In this document: positions 20,050-30,421 of the stretch, piece by piece
Layout: each line of letters starts with the position of its first letter
How positions within the stretch are numbered: position 1 is the stretch's first letter
Notes under the pieces: model-generated
Databases searched by the model: none
What the model was told of the DNA's origin: nothing
The model's input: the letters and a program-made list of their open reading frames with translations, nothing else
Program-made: the position numbers and the translations under genes
Assembly: GCA_044345405.1 (NCBI GenBank)
Contig: JBIJBE010000013.1
Location: 1-64,000, forward strand
DNA from: Bdellovibrionota bacterium
Lineage (GTDB): Bacteria; Bdellovibrionota_C; UBA2361; OMII01
Length of the DNA: 64,000 nt
Reading direction: 5' to 3'

Positions 20050-20952
20050 ATGTCAGTTGAAGTTCCAAGAAATACAGAGAAGATCGTGAAACCATCCTGG
20101 TTGAAGGTTCGAGCTCCTGGCTCACCTGAGTATCTTGAGACCCGCAAAATCGTGAAGACCCTCAATCTTCATACGGTGTGCGAGGAGGCTCAGTGCCCCA
20201 ATATCGGAGAGTGCTGGTCTCATCACACCGCGACCTTCATGATCATGGGTGAGCTATGCACCCGGAAGTGCCACTTCTGCTCGGTAAAGAAGGGAAGCGC
20301 CGATACCCTCCAACCTCTCGATCCGTTCGAGCCAGAGCGTGTCGGTATCGCGGTGAAGGAGCTTGGTCTTAAGCACGCGGTTATTACCTCAGTAGACCGA
20401 GACGATGTGGCGGATAACGGCGCTCAACACTTCCTCAAAACCGTGAAGTCGGTTCGTACACACGCTCCAGGGTGCAAGATCGAATTGCTCATTCCTGACC
20501 TGAAGGGGTCTCGCGCAGACCTCGAGACGATCCTCAGCGCTAAGATCGATGTGCTTAATCACAACGTAGAAACCGTGCCTCGTCTCTACAAGAAAGTTCG
20601 CCCAGGCGCAGGCTACATTCGGTCCCTTTCGATCCATCGTTGGGCTAAAGAGATCGATCCATCCGTAGTCACCAAGACCGGCATCATGGTCGGGCTCGGC
20701 GAAACGAAGGATGAGGTATTACGCTTGATGGACGATCTTCGCGCCATAGACATAGACGTTATGACGATCGGGCAATACCTTCGTCCAACGGAACGACAAC
20801 TTCCGGTCCGGGCCTTCATCACTCCTGATGAATTCAAGGAGTATGAAGAGGAGGGAATCAAGCGTGGCTTCAAGTTTGTCGAGTCAGGGCCCTTCGTTCG
20901 CAGCTCGTATCACGCTTGGAAGCACACCGCGGATATCGCGGTACGAGAGTAG
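20050..20952 (+). CDS. lipA: Lipoyl synthase
   Basis: CEEAQCPNIGEC, CTRKCHFC and RSSYHA motifs. Confidence 0.98.
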   Translation: MSVEVPRNTEKIVKPSWLKVRAPGSPEYLETRKIVKTLNLHTVCEEAQCPNIGECWSHHTATFMIMGELCTRKCHFCSVKKGSADTLQPLDPFEPERVGIAVKELGLKHAVITSVDRDDVADNGAQHFLKTVKSVRTHAPGCKIELLIPDLKGSRADLETILSAKIDVLNHNVETVPRLYKKVRPGAGYIRSLSIHRWAKEIDPSVVTKTGIMVGLGETKDEVLRLMDDLRAIDIDVMTIGQYLRPTERQLPVRAFITPDEFKEYEEEGIKRGFKFVESGPFVRSSYHAWKHTADIAVRE

Positions 20953-20959
20953 CAACTAA

Positions 20960-21694
20960 ATGGCGGCCATGAGCGTTACTTCCAGCGACCATCGCGGCGA
21001 ACTGTACCTTATTCCCAACCTCCTCGGCGAAACGGCTCTCGACTCATCTCTTCCACCGGTCATAGCGACGATTACCGCCTCCATCTCTCACTTCGTGGTT
21101 GAAGAGGAGAAATCGGCGCGGCGCTTCATTAAACTTCTCTGTCCAGATCGTGTCATTCGGGAGCTCTCCCTCCAGGTACTCAACGAGCACACGAAGCCTC
21201 ACGAAATCGATGCGCTCACAGCCCCACTCCTTCAAGGCCATAACGTGGGGATTATCTCGGAGGCTGGATGCCCCGCTATCGCGGATCCTGGCGCCGAACT
21301 CGTCCGTCGCGCGCACGAACTTGGCATCGCTGTTCGTCCCCTCGTAGGCCCCTGCTCGATGACGCTTGCCCTGATGGCGTCCGGTTTTAACGGGCAACGG
21401 TGGCGGTTCGTAGGCTATCTCCCGATCGAAGGGGGCGCTCGTAAGGACACGATCCGCGCTCTGGAAAAAGATCTCTATGAACATCAGGAAACTCAGATCG
21501 TGATGGACACTCCGTATCGCAATCAGAAGCTCTTTGAGGAGCTCCTCACGACATGCAGACCCGAGACCCGTATCTGCATAGCGTCTGCCCTCACCACCGA
21601 ACAGGAATCGATAGCGGTTCGCTCGGTACACGAGTGGCGTGCCATGGGATTCACAGTACCCAAATCCCCGGCGATCTTCCTCTTGGGTCGATAG
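20960..21694 (+). CDS. RsmI-like tetrapyrrole-methylase family SAM-dependent methyltransferase
   Basis: LYLIP..LG, ISEAGCPAIADPG, LALMASGFNGQ and TPYRN motifs. Confidence 0.85.
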   Translation: MAAMSVTSSDHRGELYLIPNLLGETALDSSLPPVIATITASISHFVVEEEKSARRFIKLLCPDRVIRELSLQVLNEHTKPHEIDALTAPLLQGHNVGIISEAGCPAIADPGAELVRRAHELGIAVRPLVGPCSMTLALMASGFNGQRWRFVGYLPIEGGARKDTIRALEKDLYEHQETQIVMDTPYRNQKLFEELLTTCRPETRICIASALTTEQESIAVRSVHEWRAMGFTVPKSPAIFLLGR

Positions 21695-22062
21695 CGGTCA
21701 CGCGTCCTCAAGGACGAGGCACTTATCCCAGAAAAATAAGCATCTTACCCACCGTTTCTTACCCACGGCAGGGTTCCAACTTGGCTCCAGAGGTAGTAAA
21801 ACACCTTGTACTTTGAGGTGGGCTCAGACGACGCATCGTTAGCGACGCGTTACCGCCCGGAACGAAGTGACGTAGCCGTAGGGTACCGATACATGTCGTC
21901 TATCGCGCCTTCTCAAACTCTGGCCATACTCTCACGGAGATCTCTTCGATCCCGCGCGCTCTCTTTCTCTTTCTCGCCTCGATTCCGGTCCCCCTCGTTC
22001 CCGCCTACTTCCTCGGATCTCATTCATTCCCGGTATCGCTGTACCCCTGAACGACGAACCGC

Positions 22063-25000
22063 ATGAAGCGTATCTCTGGAAACATCCTTGCTCTATTCGG
22101 ACTCATCCTCGGTTTGGTGAGCGGGCTTGGGGTCGTTACGCTTAAACGATACATCATCGGAGAGATCGTCCAAGCCCTTAACGAGGAGGTGGCGACATCG
22201 TGCAAAACGTGTTCGCTCTCATATGACTCATTCTCGCTCTCGTTCTTAACTCTCTCGGGCAAAGTTACGGGCGTCAAACTCCTCGACAACGGGACCCCGA
22301 AGCTCACCTTTGACAAGATAACCGCGACCTTCAGCATCAACGAAATCCTCGATCAAAAGGTTTACCTTGAGACCCTCATTCTCTCGGATGGACACGCTGA
22401 TGGTGTGGGACCCGACTCCCCCACCTTCCGCTTCATCGAACAGATAACGTCACCCCTACCACCGGAGCTCGCCAACCAGCCGCGATGGCGCGCGATCCTC
22501 AACAACCTTGAGATCCGAACGACCTCGCTTCGAGAATCGTTCGGGATGAGCGAGCTGTATGGTCACAACCTCTCCCTCTTTGTTAAACGGATCGGCGAGG
22601 AGTTCGTTATTCTTCCTGAGCTTAAAGACCTTCGCTACCGTTCGTTCCTCAATGAGGAAAAGACAGAGGTGCAGGAGCTCCCCCTGGGCCAATTAACCGG
22701 ATCCGTGGTCATCGAAGAGAATCAAGCCGTCTTCAACGGATTAAAACTTGGGCGAGATATCTCAACGGTCGATCTCAAAGGAGCCGCGGATACCGCGCAT
22801 GGGGACGCGCTATCAGGTAGCGCGGCGTACACTATCGACGCTCAATATGTTGGGATCCCCTCGTGGCTTCAAGGTCTCCTGACGGGAACCGGATCGCTGA
22901 AAGGAACACTCGGAAGCCCCATCATTGAAGGCTCGCTGACCCACGCGGAATCAGCGCCACTCACCCTCGCGTTCCCTCACGCGTCACCAGTCAAGTTGTC
23001 ATCCATCAAAGGAGACCTCTCGGTCGACGTCAATCACGGAGACCCTGTTGTAACCCTCCGAAACATCGCGGGAACCGGGGACAAATCAAAATTGACCGGC
23101 ACTCGACCACTCGTATTCTCTGATGAAGGGCTCTCCGCTGGATTTGACGTAGCACTCCCCTCGTTCACCTATGGTCCGTTCTCAGTACATGACGCGTCCG
23201 CCACTATTTCGGTGCGACCCAGTGGAAAAGACACCATCACAACCTTTGTCGTTCAAGCCGCGGATCTTAAAGTTCAAGGAACCTCTCTTGGACCGGTAAA
23301 GATTAACCTCGCCCTTGAGCCGCGTGGCATCTCGGTAAAGGTTGATTCTAGTGACCCTCGATACGGAACTCTTCGTTGGGACGGGTTCATCGATACTGTT
23401 GGAGCGGAGCCCTTCCTCAAAGATGGAAAGCTACTCCTTGAGAACTATCGCTATCCCCAAACCAGCCCACCGGATCCCTCTCGCCTTAGTCCGATTCAAC
23501 TCACAACCTCACTACCACTCTCTGGTCCTCTCGATCTCGCCAAGCTCGCGGGAGAAGGCCCCACAACAGTCGCGATTCCAGATTTTGGTCTTGGTCTCTC
23601 GATGAGCGGCAAAACAACGCTCAAGGATGGCAACCTCCTCGTGAACCTTCCAACATCCACGCAGCAGGCCTCGATGAATCTGAAGCTTGATGTGGCGCGA
23701 ACGTTCAACGGCAAGCTACAGATGGCGCTACCCGCCTCTCCGCTCTCCAGCTTTGTTCAGGAGGCTGACTGTGGCGTCATCGACGCGTCTCTCGATTACA
23801 ACTTCAGCATGTCCGCTCCACTCGGAGGCTCAGGCAACCTGATATTGGGAGACTTCTATGTAGGATGCGAGCCGTACGTTCTTCGCGTTCCTAAGAACAC
23901 GACCTTGCCGATAACAGTTGGCGCGCTCCGATTTAAAAATACCCGTCTCTCGAGCGGAGACACGGCGCTCATTCTCGATGGGTCTCTTGGTTTCGAGCCG
24001 GGGTTCGATCTCTCTCTCACCGGAGATCTCCACCTTAGCTCCCTTCTCCCTCTTCTCCCCTCCGTCGATAACTTACGGGGACTCCTCTCCACCAAGGTCT
24101 CTATCAAAGGACCTCTCGCCATGCCACGCTTCTTAGGAACGGCTGCCCTCTCTGATGGAGAGCTCGCGGTCGCGTCACCCGACATAGGGGCCCATGATGT
24201 TAAGGGACGTTTTGTTCTTTCCGAGGATACGATCAAGATAGACAGTTTGACGGGCTCGGCGAACTCCGGCTCCTTCGTGGTAAAGGGAAGTCTTGTCCCC
24301 TTTAACTGGCCGAACTCTCGCATGACCGCCGAACTAAAGGAGGTCACGATTGAGCCCGCGGCGGACGCCTCTATCACCTTCTCAGGCAACCTCGCTCTAG
24401 GCCCGAATAAAAATAAACACCAAACGCTCTCGGGAGACATCGGAATCGACTTCGCCGAGATCTCCAAGGATTTCGATCTCAACAAGATCCTCGTTCAAAC
24501 TATCAAAGGGTACTTCATTCCCGCGCGCGTCCAGCCTCAGATCAGTAAGAAGCCGGTCTCGCTTGACCTCGACGTAAAATTCTCCGCGCCTCGAAATATA
24601 TTCGTGCTCACCCCTTTCTTCAGCGCGGAACTCAACGCGAACATTTACGCGGGTGGCACCACAGCGGACCCCGCGCTCAATGGCTCGATGCAACTTTTAA
24701 GTGGATGGGTTGGACTTAAAGGAAATCGATTCGACGTCACATCAGGAAGTCTCACCTTCAAGCCAGGCTCATTAACTCCTACCATTGAGATCGCGAGCGA
24801 GGGGAATCTTCGAGCGCCAACTGGTGAGAGCGTGCTCGTGATTCTTGAGGCGTCCGGTCCCCTCACCGCTCCTCGCATCGCGCTGTCATCTGATCGCGGA
24901 CTGTCGCAAGAAGATCTCTTGCTCTTAATCACCTCCTCGCGGTCACTCACAGGACGAACGATGGCGAATCGGGTGGGAAATCAGTTCGCGCAAGACCAGC

Positions 25001-27789
25001 GATACTTCCTTTCCGAGGACTCGTTCAGCAGCGTTGAGGCGTTCTTCCGAAACCTCACCAAGATCGACACCCTCTCCTTCGAACCAACCTACAATCCCTA
25101 TACCGGTCTGGTAGAGCCGGCCGTCGTGGCGAAAAAGACACTGACGCCACGATTCGCGTTCGTCGGAAACAGCCTCTTTAGTAGCGTCAGCAATTCAAAG
25201 GTAGGCGCGGTGTACAACCTCACACCGAATCTCGACGTCAACGGATTTATCCAGTCTGTGAGCACACAGCAAAACCTTATCTTAAGTTCAGATCTGACCT
25301 ATACCATTCTCGCCGAACAAGCGGTTCTGGTGGATATAAAGGTTCAAGGCGCGGATCGAACGGATGAGCAGGATATTCTTAGCGCCGCTCGTATCGGTTC
25401 GGATTCACGAATACAAAACAATCCGGAGAGCCTGGCGACCATCCAACGAAACATCACCAGCTACCTCCACGATCAGGGCCTTCTCGGGGCGACGGTGGAT
25501 GTCTCCTGTCGCCTAGCCGATCATTTCTGCAAGCAACTCCTGATTACGATTAACGAGGGGGCCCCCTTTACGATCGGAGAGACGCGCGTAGAGGGTAACA
25601 CCCTCCCTGATACGATCACTTCTATCATGAGGTCTGTGGCCCCCCCCGGAACCGCGGCGCTTGGATCTGTAACCCAGCAGCTTGAGCGAAAACTAGTACT
25701 GGCGTTACGAAATGAAGGGTACATAGCGGCTCGAATAACACCTCTCTACGTCCATACCGATACGCCTCATACAGTTGATCTCGTCGTAAAGAGCGACCTA
25801 CGGGAACCGATATCGTTCAAGTTCTCGGGAAATACGGTTTTTACCGACGAACAGTTCCTCGACTCTATTGAGCTCTTTTCTCGAAAGCGTCCGTTCGGAA
25901 ACAATACCGTCAAATTGCTAGTTCAAAATATCGAGCAGATGTATCAGGCCGCCGGATACCTTTTCGCCCAGGTCTCCTACACCGAGGATCGCACTGATAC
26001 ACAACGACTCGTGTACACCATCACCATCTCTGAGGAAGCTCAAACTAAGGTGCGAGAGTTAAAGCTCGTTGGCAATGACTCACTCTCGGAGAAAAAGATT
26101 AAAAAGGAGATGCGAGACCTCGGCCTCACCGAGCAAATTGAGCTCCTGAAGCCCACCTACGCTATTCCAGCTCAACTTGAAACACTCAAGACGATCATCG
26201 AGACGGTCTATCAACAGGAGGGGTTCCCCAACGTTCAAGTCTCCTACACAATAGAGCCCGTTGAAAACGGCACCGCTCTCGACATCAACTACCACGTGGT
26301 GGAGGGAGAGCCTCTGCGAATTCAGAGCCTTTCCGTCAAAGGCTTTCCGGGCGACATCAAGATTCGAGAAGCGCCTCCGACGCCAGCCTCCTTGCCAGCA
26401 ATCAACCAATACATCGAGCATCTTGTGGCTCAACTCGAAGAAGAGGGCTTCATGGCGCCGACTATCGATGTCGACCCCTCACCTGACACCGCGCACGTCG
26501 ACTTCTTGATAGATCCAGGGCCTCGTTCAATCATCTCATCGGTGACCGTTGAGGGCCTCTCGCTCATCGATGAGTCAGTCGCCCGTAAATACATCCTTCT
26601 TGAGCCAGGCAAGCCCTTCCGCACCGAGGATGTGAACGCTTCCAAACGCGAGCTCCTTCGCTCCGGCCTCTTCTCCCGGGTGGAGGTAGTGCCAAGTGAC
26701 GGCTCCTTCGACCATCCAAAAGAGGCGATAACAGTACGCCTCGCCGAGCGAGCGCTTGAGACGCTGGAGGTGGGAACGGGCGCCAATTCAGAGTTCGGGC
26801 TCCATGTGTTCGGGGAAGCGGTCGATAAGTCGTTCTTCGCTGATGGACGAACCCTTTCAACGCGAATCGACACCTACTTTGATCAAGCTCAGATTAATCC
26901 GAATGGATCCAGCGCTATCAGTCAGGGATTCGCGAACGTACGGTACATGGACCCGTTCTTCCTCGGCTCGCAATACGCGCTCACCGAGGAATTGCGTTTT
27001 CAACGCCAAGAGCTTTCTACGCAGGAATTCAATCTGGATCGTATGACCTTCGCGTCCTACCTCTTCAGACAGTTCGAGTCACGAGTCACCTTTACCGGAG
27101 GTCACTCCCTCACCCTCGACAACTTGAACGATGTAAATCCTGGCGCGGTTATCACTCCGCTCGACACGGGCCATGTTCGGTTAAGCTTTCTCTCCGGCTT
27201 GTTGAAGTTCGACACCCGCGACGATCCCCTCACTCCTCACAACGGGTACACATTCACGGTCGAGCCAAAGCTCTCATTCCAGCAGATAGGATCAGAGGCT
27301 AACTTCGGCGGAATCCTCTCTAAAGCGACTGGGATCGTTCCGTTGGAGAGGATCCTCTCGCCTCGATTCTCTCTTGGATTGGGTCTATCAGGTGGGATCG
27401 CGCAACCGTGGGGCGACACGGTGGGAATCCCTATCACCCAGCGATTCTATCTCGGTGGTCGTACAACCGTTCGCGGATTCAAGGAGAACTCGCTTGGTCC
27501 TCTGGGCGATAACGGAGCGGTCATCGGTGGAGACACCCTCCTCATGGAGAAAAACCAGTTCCAATACCTGGTGACGGACTCCTTCAGTACACACACCTTT
27601 GTCGATATCGGCAACGTGTTCCTCCGCCACGAAAGCTTTGACCTTGCGGACCTCCGCTCAAGCACCGGCTTCGGATTCCAGTACATATCCCCTATCGGTC
27701 CTATCGGTTTTGACGTGGGGTACCCACTCGATAGAAAACCAAACGAGGATGTGTATCGGATTCACTTCTCCGTCGGTAGTACCTTCTAG
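22063..27789 (+). CDS. TamB/AsmA-like region fused to about six POTRA domains and an Omp85 (TamA/BamA-type) barrel
   Basis: N-terminal TM segment; long beta-rich region with TamB-like C-terminal part; repeated POTRA-type units (I.V.GN...Y...GY...V); barrel motifs DTRDD, FYLGGRTTVRGF and ISPIGPIGFDVGY; C-terminal Phe. Confidence 0.88.
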   Translation: MKRISGNILALFGLILGLVSGLGVVTLKRYIIGEIVQALNEEVATSCKTCSLSYDSFSLSFLTLSGKVTGVKLLDNGTPKLTFDKITATFSINEILDQKVYLETLILSDGHADGVGPDSPTFRFIEQITSPLPPELANQPRWRAILNNLEIRTTSLRESFGMSELYGHNLSLFVKRIGEEFVILPELKDLRYRSFLNEEKTEVQELPLGQLTGSVVIEENQAVFNGLKLGRDISTVDLKGAADTAHGDALSGSAAYTIDAQYVGIPSWLQGLLTGTGSLKGTLGSPIIEGSLTHAESAPLTLAFPHASPVKLSSIKGDLSVDVNHGDPVVTLRNIAGTGDKSKLTGTRPLVFSDEGLSAGFDVALPSFTYGPFSVHDASATISVRPSGKDTITTFVVQAADLKVQGTSLGPVKINLALEPRGISVKVDSSDPRYGTLRWDGFIDTVGAEPFLKDGKLLLENYRYPQTSPPDPSRLSPIQLTTSLPLSGPLDLAKLAGEGPTTVAIPDFGLGLSMSGKTTLKDGNLLVNLPTSTQQASMNLKLDVARTFNGKLQMALPASPLSSFVQEADCGVIDASLDYNFSMSAPLGGSGNLILGDFYVGCEPYVLRVPKNTTLPITVGALRFKNTRLSSGDTALILDGSLGFEPGFDLSLTGDLHLSSLLPLLPSVDNLRGLLSTKVSIKGPLAMPRFLGTAALSDGELAVASPDIGAHDVKGRFVLSEDTIKIDSLTGSANSGSFVVKGSLVPFNWPNSRMTAELKEVTIEPAADASITFSGNLALGPNKNKHQTLSGDIGIDFAEISKDFDLNKILVQTIKGYFIPARVQPQISKKPVSLDLDVKFSAPRNIFVLTPFFSAELNANIYAGGTTADPALNGSMQLLSGWVGLKGNRFDVTSGSLTFKPGSLTPTIEIASEGNLRAPTGESVLVILEASGPLTAPRIALSSDRGLSQEDLLLLITSSRSLTGRTMANRVGNQFAQDQRYFLSEDSFSSVEAFFRNLTKIDTLSFEPTYNPYTGLVEPAVVAKKTLTPRFAFVGNSLFSSVSNSKVGAVYNLTPNLDVNGFIQSVSTQQNLILSSDLTYTILAEQAVLVDIKVQGADRTDEQDILSAARIGSDSRIQNNPESLATIQRNITSYLHDQGLLGATVDVSCRLADHFCKQLLITINEGAPFTIGETRVEGNTLPDTITSIMRSVAPPGTAALGSVTQQLERKLVLALRNEGYIAARITPLYVHTDTPHTVDLVVKSDLREPISFKFSGNTVFTDEQFLDSIELFSRKRPFGNNTVKLLVQNIEQMYQAAGYLFAQVSYTEDRTDTQRLVYTITISEEAQTKVRELKLVGNDSLSEKKIKKEMRDLGLTEQIELLKPTYAIPAQLETLKTIIETVYQQEGFPNVQVSYTIEPVENGTALDINYHVVEGEPLRIQSLSVKGFPGDIKIREAPPTPASLPAINQYIEHLVAQLEEEGFMAPTIDVDPSPDTAHVDFLIDPGPRSIISSVTVEGLSLIDESVARKYILLEPGKPFRTEDVNASKRELLRSGLFSRVEVVPSDGSFDHPKEAITVRLAERALETLEVGTGANSEFGLHVFGEAVDKSFFADGRTLSTRIDTYFDQAQINPNGSSAISQGFANVRYMDPFFLGSQYALTEELRFQRQELSTQEFNLDRMTFASYLFRQFESRVTFTGGHSLTLDNLNDVNPGAVITPLDTGHVRLSFLSGLLKFDTRDDPLTPHNGYTFTVEPKLSFQQIGSEANFGGILSKATGIVPLERILSPRFSLGLGLSGGIAQPWGDTVGIPITQRFYLGGRTTVRGFKENSLGPLGDNGAVIGGDTLLMEKNQFQYLVTDSFSTHTFVDIGNVFLRHESFDLADLRSSTGFGFQYISPIGPIGFDVGYPLDRKPNEDVYRIHFSVGSTF

Positions 27790-27883
27790 AGGCTATTTGC
27801 GCCCTATCCCAATTGGACGTATGGTTATCGGAACGTTTGCCGATGTGTCGGCATCTTTTCTATGAGTCTTCGAGTACCGTACC

Positions 27884-28903
27884 ATGCCTAACGAGAACCT
27901 CATCTCACAACAAACTTTGAATCGAGCGTCGTTTCTCGCGTTCTTCTCCATTTTAACCGGTTTGTTCGTATTCGGCCTCGGGACGCCGTTTATAACCATC
28001 CTCTTCGGATATCTGATTCTCCACTACATCGGCACACGGATGCCCAAGCGCCTCGCCGTTTTTACCTTCTCAATTCTCGCCCTCATTCTATTCTATCTCT
28101 TTGTCCACTTCGTGCAGGAGGCGATACGAGCGCTTCCGCTCGCGGCGAGCAAGGCAATTCCAACCATCGTTTCCCTCGCTAGGAGTTACGGCATCGAGGC
28201 TCCATTTGAGGACCCCGAGGGACTTAAGTCATTTGTTCGTGATGGACTGGAATCTCAACTCCACTTCTTAGCCCGATTCGCACAGGTGTTCACCAAGGAG
28301 TTCGTCTACGTAATTATCGCCTTAGTGGCGACGACAGGAATATTTATGACCCGACGGATCGATCTCGCTCGGGAGACCTACGCGATTCGTCACAACTTCT
28401 ACTCAGATTTTACGGAAAAGCTGGAGCTTAGGTTCGGAAATTTCTTCAGAAGCTTCCACACCGTTATGGGAGCACAGGTTGTTATCTCTCTGGTAAACAC
28501 CTTTTTCACCGGGTTGTTTATCCTCAGCCTCTCTCTTTTTGACTCGCCGATGCCTTATCCCTTTGTCCTTATCACGGTCACCTTTCTCTGTGGGCTCTTA
28601 CCGATCATCGGCAACCTCATCAGCAACACCGTAATATTCTGCGTCGGACTCACTCAATCGATTCAGCTTGGTATCATCGCCCTCTCATATCTCATTATCC
28701 TCCACAAATTTGAGTACTTCCTTAACAGCAGGATTATCGGCGGGCGGATTAAGAACCCAATGTGGCTCACCCTCCTGAGCCTCCTCATTGGAGAGCGTCT
28801 GGCGGGCATCCCGGGGATGATTTTAGCCCCCGTTATTCTCAATTATTGTAAACTTGAGGGGTCCAACGTCCCGGTTAAGCCCCCACTCGAAAGAGTCAGC
28901 TAA
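27884..28903 (+). CDS. AI-2E family transporter (UPF0118)
   Basis: Hydrophobic 339 aa with LLPIIGNLIS and EYFLNSRIIG...LAGIPGMILAP. Confidence 0.85.
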   Translation: MPNENLISQQTLNRASFLAFFSILTGLFVFGLGTPFITILFGYLILHYIGTRMPKRLAVFTFSILALILFYLFVHFVQEAIRALPLAASKAIPTIVSLARSYGIEAPFEDPEGLKSFVRDGLESQLHFLARFAQVFTKEFVYVIIALVATTGIFMTRRIDLARETYAIRHNFYSDFTEKLELRFGNFFRSFHTVMGAQVVISLVNTFFTGLFILSLSLFDSPMPYPFVLITVTFLCGLLPIIGNLISNTVIFCVGLTQSIQLGIIALSYLIILHKFEYFLNSRIIGGRIKNPMWLTLLSLLIGERLAGIPGMILAPVILNYCKLEGSNVPVKPPLERVS

Positions 28904-29122
28904 GGCACTGAAATAGCTGAGCGAATTCCCTTTTCCCACACCGCAAAAATGGGAGAGGCCGCGTCTTTTTAAAAATAGTGAAAACCTTCACAGGGCCCCC
29001 GCATCATACCAAGTACGTTTCGAGGCAGCGCATTCGTTAGCGATGGCCCTTTGGGTCTTGAACTATCAAGTGAACTTACTCGGGCTGGTTTTAGAGATAA
29101 TTGAAAATTCTCTGGGGTATTT

Positions 29123-30208
29123 ATGTTTAGTACAATCGTAACAGATGATACTGGATCAAAGTTAGCGGTCCTGGAAAAGGTTAAATGTCTAAATGACATT
29201 AACGCAACGACCGACATCATCGTCGTGAGCGCCGACGCCCAGCCTGCCGAGTGGACAACTGGCATCTGGATTCAAGCTCCAACGATCGTTGCCGGCATGG
29301 CTAAGGCCGCTCAATTAGCGGCAAGCAAGCGCATCATCGTGATGAGCTCAGCAGTCGCCTTCGAGCCAGCTGATCTTGCGCGACTTGTCGCGGAGCTCGA
29401 CACTCGACAGATTCGTGAGCATACCATCGTAACCGCTCGTACCGAGTCTGGCTTTGTTCAGATCCCTGACCTTAGCGCTGAGCAAGTTCTTAACTCTATC
29501 AGCAAAACAGATATGTGGCCTCTCGTCGTCGTCGCTACGAGCCGCTTCGCTCTTAGCATGATCGGAGAGGAAGACGCTTCGTCCGCTACCGAGTACCTCG
29601 CGCAAGCGTTGGTTCGCTCAATCGCGGATGGAGATACCATTCGGCACTCAACCTTGATTGACACGGCGATCTCGGGGGCAGACCTCTCCGCCACCAGCAA
29701 ACTTTCGGATGGCGCTCGCGCTCGTATCTTGAAAGCTGCCGTTGACGCTTTCAATATCGAGGAGCTCTTCCCGAGCCACAACTGGATCTCGTATAGCCAA
29801 GAGAGCGCCGCCGCTTCGTATCACTCCATCGCGGCTCTGTTCCTCCGATTCGGAGACCCAGAGTCAGCTGCTGAGTGCCTCGATTGCAGCGAGCGTCTTG
29901 AGGAAAGCCCACGGTACTTCGCGCTTCAGGGCCTTATCCACAAGCAAAAGGGTGAGACACTCGGAGCGGTAGCGAGTTTCGTATCAAGCCTTCAGTGCTA
30001 CGAGGCTCGTAAGGTTGATAACGGTAAGCACTATATCACCTTCAAGCCAAGTAATCTTGAGGTCATCAACTCGCGATTAGTTGACGGTTTGAACGCTCTC
30101 AACAAGCGGGACAATGACAGCGCCCTGAACTACTTCTCAGAGGCGGTGTTCAATTTCGACCCGTTCTACGCGGAGCACGGAGTCCTTCCTTCTGGAAAGA
30201 CCCGCTAA
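29123..30208 (+). CDS. Hypothetical protein with TPR-like C-terminus
   Basis: 361 aa; helical repeats such as AALFLRFGDPESAAECL, QGLIHKQKGETLGAVASF and DGLNALNKRDNDSALNYF. Confidence 0.75.
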   Translation: MFSTIVTDDTGSKLAVLEKVKCLNDINATTDIIVVSADAQPAEWTTGIWIQAPTIVAGMAKAAQLAASKRIIVMSSAVAFEPADLARLVAELDTRQIREHTIVTARTESGFVQIPDLSAEQVLNSISKTDMWPLVVVATSRFALSMIGEEDASSATEYLAQALVRSIADGDTIRHSTLIDTAISGADLSATSKLSDGARARILKAAVDAFNIEELFPSHNWISYSQESAAASYHSIAALFLRFGDPESAAECLDCSERLEESPRYFALQGLIHKQKGETLGAVASFVSSLQCYEARKVDNGKHYITFKPSNLEVINSRLVDGLNALNKRDNDSALNYFSEAVFNFDPFYAEHGVLPSGKTR

Positions 30209-30248
30209 TCTGAGGGAACTCAGAGGTAGCAGACCGTATCTCTAAAAC

Positions 30249-30296
30249 AGCGAAAGCCCGATGTTTGCCCCCAGCGAACATCGGGCTTTCGCTTTG
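30249..30296 (+). terminator. Long hairpin, probable intrinsic terminator
   Basis: AGCGAAAGCCCGATGTT / AACATCGGGCTTTCGCT, a 17-bp perfect stem about 40 bp after the stop; the T tail is short. Confidence 0.7.
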
Positions 30297-30421
30297 ACCT
30301 CTCCCCTCTCGGCCCTCCGGCGACCCGCTCAAGCGAAGCTAGAAATGAGCCCAATTTTCTTCTTTTGAGACCATCTTCATGTGGTGTACAACCGGGGACG
30401 TAGCGTTACAGAATAGATTTA

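Noticed and set aside
21806-22066. 86-aa ORF overlapping the start of the TamB-Omp85 fusion
   Set aside because: Low-complexity Ser/Arg/Pro product from a pyrimidine-rich tract with a TTG start; no supporting evidence.
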